A stretch of DNA of 63,989 nucleotides, filler included, from Candidatus Babelota bacterium (GTDB lineage Bacteria > JAGOBX01), in assembly GCA_017999075.1 (NCBI GenBank). It is 9 parts of 9 records of this genome, joined end to end, with 100 filler letters (N's around TTAATTAATTAA, not from the genome) between each part and the next. Parts side by side here need not be neighbours in the genome. Positions count along the whole stretch, not along the records: positions 29,402 to 36,601 come from JAGOBX010000175.1; positions 36,702 to 43,858 come from JAGOBX010000176.1; 7 more parts are not named here. One strand, given 5' to 3'. Positions 29,402-40,100 of the stretch are shown here, piece by piece (positions within the stretch are counted from its first letter, which is position 1; every line of letters begins with the position of its first letter). The notes under the pieces were generated by a model. It was given only the letters and a program-made list of their open reading frames with translations. It was not told where the DNA came from and searched no databases. The position numbers and the translations under genes were made by a program.

Positions 29402-30714
29402 TTTATGGAGTCATACTGTTTTAAAAATTTTATATCCTGAAATTCTTCAAACCACAAAGAAATTATTCCATAAACATGAATTTCATCTTCTTCGGCATAT
29501 TTGAAATATTCTTGTATTTCATTTGAATTTATTCTGTGTGAATAACCGGTGTTTATAAAAAATTTTGAATTTTTATACCGGGATATTTTTGTTATAATGT
29601 TTTCCACCAACAAAAAATAGGTAGATAAATTCGGATGATGGCCGTCGATAAAATAATTAAAATCAGGAATTACGGTTTTATCTGGAGTACAAATTATAGA
29701 TTTCATATCAATATGAATTAAATTATATTTATTAATTAAATCTTTAAGTCCGTTTTTATATTTTGTCTGTATAATCAGAGGATAATCATCGTTATCAATA
29801 GCCAATCTTAGAAATTTATCAGCTGAATTGAAATGATTTTCCTGATAATATATTTTTCCGATTTCAAAATAAAGATTTGCGAATGAACATTCTTTCGATA
29901 AATTTTCTAAAATTTTTTTTGATGCATCACTATCATCCATAAAATTTTTTAAATAATAAGCGCTTTTAAATTTGTTCAGATGATTGCCGGCATCATTTTT
30001 ATTTTTTGAATTTCTATATACTGAACGAGTTGGAGAAAACATATAATTACCTTCAGGAATAATAATAATTAATTCTATATTATTTGCATTACAGTATTGA
30101 ATCAATAATTCCGCGTATTTAATGTACCTTGTGAAATTTATGTTTTTTTCAAATTCAGGAACAGGATGTTCGCAAAAAAAATTTCCTGAATAAATATCGT
30201 CGCTTTCATTAACTTGTTTAATGTAAAAATAATGGCGTATTATCTTAACAATTGAAGAAAAACCTATAATATTAAGAAATGGAAGCTTATCTTTTATATT
30301 TAATGAATAATAATTGGAAAATTCGTTATGACCGCTGTATATAATCATTAAATCAGGTTTATATTTAACCTCAGAAAAATATTTTTGCACTGCTTTTTCA
30401 ATTGAAAAAGCGCCCTGGGCATAATTATCGGCTATGATATTTTTTTGATAATGTTTTGTCTTATTAAATTCATATTGAATGATATTGGATAATTGCAATT
30501 TTTTATGATAAGGCCAGCCTATAGCCGTAGACTCGCCGAGTACAGCGATTCTGTAGTTATTAGTGTCAATTAAAATTTTGTTTGCCGGTTTAACAGCATA
30601 TTTCAGAAAATTATAATTTATATAGTTATAAGAAATAATTTCGGCAATAATAAATCCAGCAATTATGCCGAATAAGATTTTTAATTTTCTATGTTTGGTA
30701 AGTTTAATTTTCAT
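29402..30714 (-). CDS. Membrane-anchored SGNH/GDSL hydrolase-like protein with TPR segment (3' truncated)
   Basis: N-terminal TM; blocks VLGEST, YSGHNE and DGHHPN; TPR-like ANLYFEIGKIYYQENHFNSA. Confidence 0.75.
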
Positions 30715-31793
30715 TTGTTTTTCAAATCATTCCATCTTAAATCTTTTTTTCTGAACATAATCGGATCTAAAATTTTTCCAATTTTTTTTACAGGGATGAA
30801 TTCTTCATCTCCGAAATTTTTTAAATATTGAGGATAAATACCGTCGCATATATAATAAAAATCGCATTCGCGGCATTTTTCAAGATAAATATTATTATGG
30901 CAAAATCTGTTTTTTATAAGCCATAAAATTTTTTTTTCTTCCAGGTTACTAAGTTTTAGTTTAGTAAAAAAAGATTTAAATGGTAATTTATATTTCCAGA
31001 ATTTTTCATCAAGTTTCATACAGGCTCTTACGTTCCATTCATAAGGATCCCATTGCCACTGATGAAAATTGCAGACATATTTTTCGTATTCGCCCATACA
31101 GCATAAAGGAATATACCTGACATTTGTATAAATATTATTATCAATCATAATATTCAAAGCTTTTTTTATGTTAACAGATAAATCAGTATATCTTCCCTGA
31201 AAAGGAATATTTTCTTTATTTGACCAGTCGGTAGCAGGATGAGGATTGAAGATAATGAAATTGGCGATTCTGGGTTTGACGATCGATGTTAATTTTTTTG
31301 CTATTTCAGTCAATCTGTCGCCATTGAATTTTGTTACAACAGTATTTGTTCTGAACGAAAAATTAATTGAATGGAGGTATTCAACAGAATTCATCAGATT
31401 TTTGTAAGCGTTGTTTCTGTTTGTTATTTCATCATAATGAGATTCATAGTCGTGATAACTTAATAAAACGTCTTCCAATCCTTCTGAAACTAAATTTTTT
31501 ATTGTTTCTGTTTTTTGCCCGTTAGTTATTATTGTGGGGAGTATCAGCCTTTCCCTGCAATACTTAACCATTTTTATTATTTCTTTGTATACTGTAGGTT
31601 CTCCGCCTGTTATGTCAAAATATTTAATTTGATAATTTTGTTTAAAAATATCAATTTCGTTTTTTACATCTTCAAAACTTCTTTGCTCCCTGTATTTTTT
31701 GAATTTGTAATAACAAAATTTACATTCAATATTGCAGGCAAAAGTGGGATATATATCCACTCTTTTATTTATTTTAATAATATTGTTGTTCAT
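30711..31793 (-). CDS. Radical SAM protein with C-terminal Cys cluster (SPASM/twitch-like)
   Basis: CNIECKFC, ITGGEPT and ITNG motifs; C-terminal C-X8-CRECDFYYICDG. Confidence 0.88.
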   Translation of the reverse strand: MNNNIIKINKRVDIYPTFACNIECKFCYYKFKKYREQRSFEDVKNEIDIFKQNYQIKYFDITGGEPTVYKEIIKMVKYCRERLILPTIITNGQKTETIKNLVSEGLEDVLLSYHDYESHYDEITNRNNAYKNLMNSVEYLHSINFSFRTNTVVTKFNGDRLTEIAKKLTSIVKPRIANFIIFNPHPATDWSNKENIPFQGRYTDLSVNIKKALNIMIDNNIYTNVRYIPLCCMGEYEKYVCNFHQWQWDPYEWNVRACMKLDEKFWKYKLPFKSFFTKLKLSNLEEKKILWLIKNRFCHNNIYLEKCRECDFYYICDGIYPQYLKNFGDEEFIPVKKIGKILDPIMFRKKDLRWNDLKNK

Positions 31794-32767
31794 AATTTAT
31801 AAATATTTTTAATATTTTCAGGCAGCATATCCAATAGTTTATTATTTTCAAATCTATCTAAGATTTTGATATCGCTGTTTTGTTGTGTTCTTTTTAATCT
31901 TCGTATTTTGTGTATTCTTTTTAAAGCAGCCAAAAATGCTCTTATATTTTTTTTATCATATTTAATAAAAATTTGCAAAATAAAAAAGAAATGTTTTATC
32001 CATAAATCGAGCGAATCTATATTTTTCCAAAAAAATAGAAATCTGTTTCTTGCATCTATATGTATTAAGTTGTTTTCATCGTACATTTTTTTCATGGTAG
32101 TATTAGCATAATGATAAACAGCGCTGTCAGGCAGATAAATATTATCATATCCTAATTTCATTGCATTATAGCACAAATCATTATCTTCCAAATATTGAGG
32201 AGCATAAATAGAATCAAAACCTCCTGTTTCAAAATATTTTTTTTTTAATACAAACATACAGCAGCTTGTGGCCCAAGCGATTTTTATTTTTTCTTTGAAT
32301 TCTATATTTTTATGTAATCCTATATTTTCACTTTGAATTCTGCCGTTTTTAAAAATATACGCTGAAATAGATTCATTTCTTAAATTCATTGATGGCCGCA
32401 AAATTTGAGGATTAATTGCAAACACATTGTTTTTTGACAATTCATTAAATATTGAACTGAAGTTTATGTTTTTAATAATAACATCGTTGTCAAGGAACCA
32501 TAGAATGTCATAATTTGCATAATTTACGGCATTGATATGAGATAAGGCATTTCCCTGATTTTTATTGTTTACAATAATTATGCAATCTTTAAATTTTTTT
32601 TTAAGTAAATCAACATCATTGTTATGGCTGCAATCATCGCATATAATTATTTCATAATTATAATCTTTAATAAATTTGCAGTCATAAATTGATTCTATAA
32701 GTTTTTCTGTTAAACAGAATCCGTTGTAATTTGTAATTATAATTGATATGCCGTTAAACATAGACAT
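31790..32767 (-). CDS. Glycosyltransferase family 2
   Basis: SIIITNYN, ICDDCS, FLDNDV and GGFDSIYAPQYLEDNDLC. Confidence 0.9.
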   Translation of the reverse strand: MSMFNGISIIITNYNGFCLTEKLIESIYDCKFIKDYNYEIIICDDCSHNNDVDLLKKKFKDCIIIVNNKNQGNALSHINAVNYANYDILWFLDNDVIIKNINFSSIFNELSKNNVFAINPQILRPSMNLRNESISAYIFKNGRIQSENIGLHKNIEFKEKIKIAWATSCCMFVLKKKYFETGGFDSIYAPQYLEDNDLCYNAMKLGYDNIYLPDSAVYHYANTTMKKMYDENNLIHIDARNRFLFFWKNIDSLDLWIKHFFFILQIFIKYDKKNIRAFLAALKRIHKIRRLKRTQQNSDIKILDRFENNKLLDMLPENIKNIYKL

Positions 32768-32944
32768 TAAGATTAAATAATATTTATAAAAATTAAAATT
32801 GTTTCATTATATATGATATGCAGATAATTTAAAAGTAAAAAATCAAGTTTACATTTTTAAAATAAATAATAAAATTAACTTCCGGAAAAACAAGAGAGTA
32901 AAAGTCATTTTCAGGACAAAATTTTATTAAGAAATATAAGTAAA

Positions 32945-34033
32945 ATGTTATTAAAAAATTGCAGTGTACTTCAGATTTCTTCCGGATTTCATTCTGGAGA
33001 TGCTGTATCTAATCAAATAAATTATCTGAACGATATTTTTTTAGAATTTAATTGTAAAACTTTTTTTTATAATACTCCAAACCATAAATTTGATTTTAAC
33101 GCTGTTCAATTAAATTCTATTGATGAAGTGTTAAACCGTAATTTTTGTTTGATAATTGTTCATTATGGCGGTTATTTTCCAGAAGCGGAAAAATTGCCTT
33201 TAATGTCCGGAAAAAAAATACTGTTTTACCACAATTTTACGCCATACAAATATTTTGAAAAATATAATGGAAATCTTGCCGAATCTTTAAAACAGACTTC
33301 TGAACAATTGTTTAGAATTAATAAAAATTTTGATTATGCAATAACACCGTCAAATTATAATAAGTCAAGTTTGATTGAACATAATTTTTACAACAGAAAT
33401 ATTTATGTTGTTCCGTATTTGATAAAATGTAAATTTAGTTTGAAAAATTTGTTGAAAAAATTTTTTTTCCCTTGCGGTAAACCACTAAAAATTTTATATA
33501 CCGGCAGAATAGAGGTTCATAAAAAAATAGAAAACATAATAGAATTTTTTAACATATTAGTCGAAAATTATTATTTTGATTGCGAATTGCATTTAACTGG
33601 TCCTTATGATGAAAATTCAGAATATTATTTCGAGTTAAAACGAAAAGTCAAACACAGCGGAAAAGTTTTTTTTCACGGAAGAAAAGATTATTCTGAAATT
33701 TATGATTATTTTAATATGGCTGATATTTACATTAATTTAAGCGAGCACGAAGGGTTCTGCATTCCTGTAATTGAAGCAATAAGCAGTTTTTTGCCTGTGA
33801 TTTCCAATGATATACCGGCAATAAGAGAAAACACCGATGGTTCAATTTTATTTGTAAATAATGAAGATTATCATTCTATTTCAAAGATGGTTATAAAAAT
33901 TAAGAATAATTATTTATACAGGATTTGGATAATAATACGACAATTAAAAATTCTTGATAAATTTGTTTTTTCTGAAATAAAACATAAAATTAAAACTTTA
34001 TTGTTTAATTTAACAATTGATAATAAAAAATAA
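32945..34033 (+). CDS. Glycosyltransferase family 4
   Basis: GDAVSN, YHNFTP, YTGRIEVHKKIE and SEHEGFCIPVIEA (EX7E). Confidence 0.9.
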   Translation: MLLKNCSVLQISSGFHSGDAVSNQINYLNDIFLEFNCKTFFYNTPNHKFDFNAVQLNSIDEVLNRNFCLIIVHYGGYFPEAEKLPLMSGKKILFYHNFTPYKYFEKYNGNLAESLKQTSEQLFRINKNFDYAITPSNYNKSSLIEHNFYNRNIYVVPYLIKCKFSLKNLLKKFFFPCGKPLKILYTGRIEVHKKIENIIEFFNILVENYYFDCELHLTGPYDENSEYYFELKRKVKHSGKVFFHGRKDYSEIYDYFNMADIYINLSEHEGFCIPVIEAISSFLPVISNDIPAIRENTDGSILFVNNEDYHSISKMVIKIKNNYLYRIWIIIRQLKILDKFVFSEIKHKIKTLLFNLTIDNKK

Positions 34034-34538
34034 TTTTTAGAGTAAGCCCTGAGTATATGCCGGCAATAACATCATCTGCAACGATTCCCCATCCGCCGTT
34101 CAGTTTTTGACTTATATTAGCCGGAAATACTTTTACAATATCGAAAAATCTGAATAATAAGAATGATAAAATAATCAGCTGGATGTAAAACCGATAATTT
34201 CCGCAATCAATTATAATCGGGAATTTCATTGAAGGAATAGAAAATATAAGTATTGTAACAAAATATCCGACAACTTCATCAATTACTACCTTGTGAGGAT
34301 CTTTATGACCGTAAATTTTTTCAAATATTGAACTGACAGGAATAGAAATAATTGTAAGAATAATTGTGAGATATAATATCAGATAATTAATATTATATTT
34401 TTGCTGGCAATATATTGTTAATACGGCAAATGGAATTGTTGCGAGAGTAGCAAAAGTTCCTGATGCTTTTAAATAGCCGGTAAAAAAAAATGAAGAAATA
34501 ATCTCCAGACCAAATATTAAATTTTTTTTTATATTCAT
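34005..34538 (-). CDS. pgpA: Phosphatidylglycerophosphatase A
   Basis: ASGTFAT, KDPHKVVIDEVVG, FRFFDIVK and GGWGIVADDVIAG. Confidence 0.92.
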   Translation of the reverse strand: MNIKKNLIFGLEIISSFFFTGYLKASGTFATLATIPFAVLTIYCQQKYNINYLILYLTIILTIISIPVSSIFEKIYGHKDPHKVVIDEVVGYFVTILIFSIPSMKFPIIIDCGNYRFYIQLIILSFLLFRFFDIVKVFPANISQKLNGGWGIVADDVIAGIYSGLTLKIIFYYQLLN

Positions 34539-34669
34539 TTGAATTTATTGTTTAAAATAATTTTTTTAACTATATAATACAATTCCGGCTTAATCAATAA
34601 AAAAAATTAAAACTTGACAAATTTTATTTTTTTTTTAAATTTTACAGAAAATTTAACAGTAAGGAGAAG

Positions 34670-34861
34670 TTGATAATGGTTTTTCAAGGTTATTGTTTTG
34701 AATGTGAATACGAAGGGCAGTTTAAAAACAAGCATATTTGTCCTAAATGTAAAAGTGAAGATATTGAAATTTATGAAGATGAACTTGAAGATGAAGAAGA
34801 AGATGAGTTTTATAATGGCGAAGAAAATGATGATGATTTTGAAGAAGAAGAAAATGAATAA
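34670..34861 (+). CDS. Small zinc-ribbon protein with highly acidic tail
   Basis: AAGGAG RBS before TTG/ATG; CFEC-X11-CPKC followed by a Asp/Glu-rich C-terminus. Confidence 0.7.
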   Translation: MIMVFQGYCFECEYEGQFKNKHICPKCKSEDIEIYEDELEDEEEDEFYNGEENDDDFEEEENE

Positions 34862-34945
34862 TAAAAGATATGGAAAAAAATATCTTGCATATTTTTTTTA
34901 GGATAATACAATTATTTAAAAATTTTTTTTAGGAGGAATATTTTT

Positions 34946-35425
34946 ATGTTAAAAAAAATAGTAATTGCTTTAATGAGTGTATTATTAATCAGCGCATTGG
35001 CTTTTGCTGCGGATGAAGCAGCAGCACCTGCGGCTGACGATAAAGCTGCTGTTAAAGCTGATGTGAAAGATGCGGGCGCGGCAGATGCTAAAAAAGCCGA
35101 CAAACCGAAATACGCTAATGGCGTAAAAATTGTTTCCTGTGAAGGAGATAAGCTTGTTGTTTCGAGAGGTTATGGCAAAAAAGCTAAAGAAGAAACTTAT
35201 GCAATCGGACCGGACACTAAATATTACAAAGACAAAAAACCGGTTAAAGCAGAAGAAGTTGCTGCTCTTTTCGTTAAAGATGTTAAAGTAAATGTTGGTT
35301 ATGTAAAAGATGGCGATAAGCTGATAGCTAAACGCGTTTATTTAAACACTAAACAGAAAAAAGCAAAAAAAGATGGAGAAGCTCCGGCAGCTCCTAAAGA
35401 AGAAAAGGCTGCAGAAACTAAATAA
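34946..35425 (+). CDS. Secreted Ala/Lys-rich protein with a small beta-barrel (DUF5666-like) core
   Basis: AGGAGG RBS, AFA signal peptidase site, low-complexity termini around a beta-rich core; followed by a terminator. Confidence 0.75.
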   Translation: MLKKIVIALMSVLLISALAFAADEAAAPAADDKAAVKADVKDAGAADAKKADKPKYANGVKIVSCEGDKLVVSRGYGKKAKEETYAIGPDTKYYKDKKPVKAEEVAALFVKDVKVNVGYVKDGDKLIAKRVYLNTKQKKAKKDGEAPAAPKEEKAAETK

Positions 35426-35468
35426 TAAATATTCAAAATAACCGGATATTTATTTTGGTTGATTTAGT

Positions 35469-35509
35469 ATAGGGAATATTCAATAAAATGAGTGTTCCCT
35501 ATTTTTTTT
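35469..35509 (+). terminator. Rho-independent terminator
   Basis: ATAGGGAATATTCA-ataaaa-TGAGTGTTCCCTAT stem followed by a T8 tract, between convergent genes. Confidence 0.8.
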
Positions 35510-36503
35510 ATAAAGTTAAAAGCAGGGCTCCCCAAGTAAATCCGCCGCCGAAAGCTACAACTAAAATATTAGATCCTTTTTTCACCAATTCTTTTTTTAC
35601 TACTTCATCTAAAGCTATAGCTATAGTGGCTGCTGAAGTGTTGCCGTATTTTTGGATATTTATATAAACTTTATCTTCAGGAATTTGCAATCTTTTTCTG
35701 ACAAAATCCAAAATTCTTATATTAGCCTGATGGAATATAACCATATCCAGATTATTAACATTCATATTATTTTTCAATAATATTTCTTCGGCAATGGAAC
35801 TCATGCTTTTTATTGCGACTTTAAATACCGCATTACCATCCATATTTATGAAATGCAATTTATTTTTTATAGTATGTTCTGATGCCGGCATTCTTGAACC
35901 TCCGGCAGGTAATTTAAGCAAATCACCATAACTTCCGTCTGCTTTTAAAATATAATCGTGTATATGACTTTCGCCGGGACCTTTTTTTAAAATAGCGGCG
36001 CCTGCTCCGTCTCCGAATAAAACACACATACTTCTGTCTTCATAATCAGTAATTCTGCTTAAAGTTTCGGCGGCTATGATAAGAGCGGTATTCATATTGT
36101 TGTTATTGCTCATAATATCTTTTGCTACAGATAAAGCATAAATAAAACCGGTGCATGCTGCTGATAAATCAAAACACGCTGCATTTACAGCATTTAGTTT
36201 ATTTTGAATTATGCATGCAGTGGAAGGAAAAGACATATCAGGAGTTACGGTAGCGACTATTATTAAATCAATTTCTGAAATTGATATACCTGCTGAATCA
36301 ATTGCATTTAACGCAGCCTTATAACCTAAATCTGAAGTTGCTTCGTCAGGTGCGGCTATATGTCTTTGCTCAATACCTGTTCTTTGTATAATCCATTCGT
36401 TTGTAGTATCAACCATTTTTTCAAAATCAGCGTTAGTTAAAATTTTTTCAGGAACATATGAACCTGTTCCTGCAATAAATATTTTAGTTTTATCTATAGA
36501 CAT
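35508..36503 (-). CDS. fabH: 3-oxoacyl-ACP synthase III
   Basis: GTGSYVP, RTGIEQRH, DLSAACTGF, LFGDGAGA, FHQANIRI, YGNTSAA and FGGGFTWG. Confidence 0.96.
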   Translation of the reverse strand: MSIDKTKIFIAGTGSYVPEKILTNADFEKMVDTTNEWIIQRTGIEQRHIAAPDEATSDLGYKAALNAIDSAGISISEIDLIIVATVTPDMSFPSTACIIQNKLNAVNAACFDLSAACTGFIYALSVAKDIMSNNNNMNTALIIAAETLSRITDYEDRSMCVLFGDGAGAAILKKGPGESHIHDYILKADGSYGDLLKLPAGGSRMPASEHTIKNKLHFINMDGNAVFKVAIKSMSSIAEEILLKNNMNVNNLDMVIFHQANIRILDFVRKRLQIPEDKVYINIQKYGNTSAATIAIALDEVVKKELVKKGSNILVVAFGGGFTWGALLLTL

Positions 36504-36601
36504 TTGTTATAATCTCCGGAAACTATAAATATAAAATATAAAACAAACAAATTAAATTCAGTAACCAGATGAATTTAATGTTTTAATTTACTAATTTTTT
36601 T

Positions 36602-36701
36602 NNNNNNNNNNNNNNNNNNNNNNNNNNNNNNNNNNNNNNNNNNNNTTAATTAATTAANNNNNNNNNNNNNNNNNNNNNNNNNNNNNNNNNNNNNNNNNNN
36701 N
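36602..36701. other. Artificial contig linker
   Basis: Same 100-bp spacer. Confidence 0.98.
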
Positions 36702-37129
36702 CCATTGAATTGAAAAATTTATTTTTCAGTGAATATATTGAAATTGAAAATATTTATAATTTCATTAAATGCCATATCGATACTCTGGATACAAAAGAAA
36801 ATTCAGACACAAAAAAATTAACGGTCATAACTGCTGTCTTAGAAAAAGACAGTAAAAAAATCAAGTTCACGGGGAAAGGTAATGGTCCTGTAGACGCTTT
36901 TGTTAAAGGATTCACAAAAATTTCAGGAATAAATTTTAAAATCGAAAATTATTCAGAGCATTCTATTGACAGCGGTTCAGATGCTTCAGCGATAGCGTAT
37001 ACCTCAATAAAAACGCCGGGCGGAAAAAACTATTGCGCAGCAGCAATTGATCCTGCGATAAGCATAGCGACAATAAAAGCTGTATTGAATACGATAAACA
37101 AATTTCAAACAAATAAAAGTGCCGGGTAA
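36702..37129 (+). CDS. leuA: 2-isopropylmalate synthase C-terminal allosteric domain (5' truncated)
   Basis: GKGNGPVDAF, YSEHSIDSGSDASAIAY and ATIKAVLNTIN; the frame is open to the contig start. Confidence 0.85.
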
Positions 37130-37145
37130 AGTTTATTTTATTAAG

Positions 37146-40100
37146 TCAGTAATTACTTAAATTATATTTTTTTATATATTCTGCCGGTTCAAAATTATCC
37201 GGGATAAATCTGCCTACAATTACAGGCCTGAATAATACCGGATAACTCATATTGTGCGGCAAACTTATTTCAATATAATAATCGCCGGCTTTCAATTTAT
37301 TTATTTGATGATATCCCGAATTAATAAAATTAAATTTATCATCATACAACTTACATTCAAGAAAATCATCGCTTGATTCCATTCCTATTCCTATAATTTT
37401 TTCCGATAACAAATTAAAAGAATAACATTTTATATCTCCAGGATTTATTACTGTAAATACTCCATAAGTATCATTAATGATTTCTATATTTTCTTTTTCT
37501 ATTTTTATATTATTTATATAATTTTCAGCAAAACCTTTAAAAAATATTTTATATTCTCCACTACCAAAAATCACTGGAAGTTTAGAATTAAATATTTCCG
37601 AACACACTTTAGATGCATATCCTGTTCCTGATACTTTATAAACAAATGGTTCTGCAGAATAAAATTTATAAAATACCGGTTTATCGTTTTTAAATAATAA
37701 TCCTGTTTCTTTTACTTTTACAATATGTTCACGACTTTCTGAAACAGGAATTAATTTTTCTTCCGTTATTGAAACCATTCCATAACGTCTAAAAATATTT
37801 TCTGATTCACTAATCCAAAACTTAAAAAAACCAGAATTCAATTTTATATTCATAGAAATATCTTTACCCAGATCAATAATTGCGGAATCATTCAAAAATT
37901 TTCCTGAAGCATCAAGAACACTTATAATCTCAAAATTTCCTGTCAAATTCAATTTTCCTGTTGTGGTTCCGGAATTAATAAAAATTAATTTAATTCTTCT
38001 GCTGTTGTAGTTAAAAATTTCACCTGAACTATCAGTTAAAAATTTATTTATAATAATTTTATCAGGAAATTTTTCAGATACAGCAGTAAAATAAATTTGA
38101 GTTCGATTTAAATTAATAACCGCAATTTTTTTTTCAAAAGATTTAACAGAAACATTTTCATATTTATCACAAAAATTATAAAAAACTTCATCTATAAAAC
38201 CATTTTTTTCAGAAAAAACAGCACAGTTCCGCGGAATGCTAAACTTTATATTTTTATCATACGAACCATTAAACACCATAAAAGCGCCTGTATCGCATAT
38301 TCCATTGAAATTATTTTCAATATCCAATAAAATATTATTTTTTTTTATTTGATTTGATTCAAGTTCTGCATTTATAAATAATTCTTCGGAAATTTTATTA
38401 TCAGCATTCCACAACACTAATTTTCCGGATTTGGAAAAAATGGTGAAATTTTCGTGGTTTCTAAAATCACTTGAATTAGTTGAAATTAATAACTTTTGTA
38501 TTTTAACATTAAATTCATTATTTTTTTCTTTTTCCTGAATCATAATTCCAGCGCAGATCTTATTTGAAACAGAACTCGCTTTAACAGAATTTATAAAATC
38601 AGTTTCAACAGGAACATCAATTACAACAGGCCTTCCGGAATAAAATGACACTTGAGTTTTTCCTTCTTTCAAATAAAATTTATCAATTTGAATTTCAATA
38701 TTATTTTCACTATCATTTTGTTCTGGAATTATTACGGTTTTATTATTCAATATTGTAAATATTTCTGTAATTTTTTCAGCAGGTTTTTCCAGTTCGTCAA
38801 TATAAAACAATTCTAATCCGTTTGACGGCAAATATTTTATTAAATAAGACGAAACCTCGTTTGATAAAAAGCTTTCAATTCCGGATATTTTATACGGTTT
38901 CCCAATATTTTCCGATAATTCTGATTCTTTTTTAATTTTTACAGCATCAATTTTAACAGATACTTTTCCCGAAATATTTTCAAAAGCCCACAATTTAATT
39001 TTATATTTTTTTCCCTTAACCAAAAGAATTTTCAAATTTATATCGCAAGCTGTTTTAGCTGCTATTTCCATACCTTCAGAATTTTCCAAAATAAAATTCA
39101 AAGATTTCCCTGATAAAATTTTAAAACAAGTTATATCATCTGACGCAATAAATTCAAATTGCTTAATTTTATCATAAATTTCTGTTATATATTCAAAATT
39201 ATAATCAGCTTTTTCCAAAGTATCAGATTCAATCTTCATAACAGAAACTTTTCCATAATTCCGGTTATCAGAAACAATATAATTTCCGTATTGATTGACA
39301 TTCCAAACATCATTAAAATTTCTGTCAGGCAAAACATTATATTCATTTTCAGTTTCACTATTATTTTCATTAGATATAACCCGAGAAATTTTCAATTTAT
39401 ACTTTCCGGAACTTAATTTTTTGCAGATCATAAAATTCCAATTATTTCCATTATCATCTGAAACTGCAATTCTGACGTTTTTTTCATCAAATAATTCTGC
39501 CCTAACATCTGTTTGTCCAAACGAAAAAATTTTATATGTCCCTTCTTCTCCTATTGATAAATCAAATTCTGACGGTAATTCCGCAGTTCTGGTTATTCCG
39601 TCAAATATTTCAGTTGTTTCCAAAAAAATCTCATACTTCAAAAAATTTCCTAATCTGCTGTTTTCAACTTCAATTATATATTCTCCTTTTCTCAAAACAT
39701 TTTTAAAACCTGAAATTTTATCTATTATTCCTGATACTGCCATATTCTCTTTTCTTTTTATAACGCCCCTCATATAATTCGTCAATTTCACAGTTATTTC
39801 AGCATCAGCAGGAAGATTAAATTCATATTTATCAGGAATTCTATTATTTATATCTTCAGTTTCTATCCAGATATTTTTCAATTTTTGCCCGAATAAAATT
39901 TTATGAGGGCCTTTTCCTTCGATATTATTATTCTCAATATTATATCTGAAAAATTTCCATAACCGATATGTTTCAGCAGTTGCCGGCGATGAAATAAGTT
40001 TATATATTCCTTGATCCAATTCAATTATAACAGGAGTTTTAAATACATTTATTACAGGCCACCCATTTTTATCTTCAATGCGGTTTTCAAAAAAAAATTT

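Noticed and set aside
34005-34033. 29-nt convergent overlap between GT4 and pgpA
   Set aside because: Short tail-to-tail overlaps are common and both proteins look complete
34698-34901. Lys/Met-rich 67-aa ORF
   Set aside because: It is the +1 frame shadow of the GAA/GAT-rich acidic tail of the zinc-ribbon gene and has no RBS
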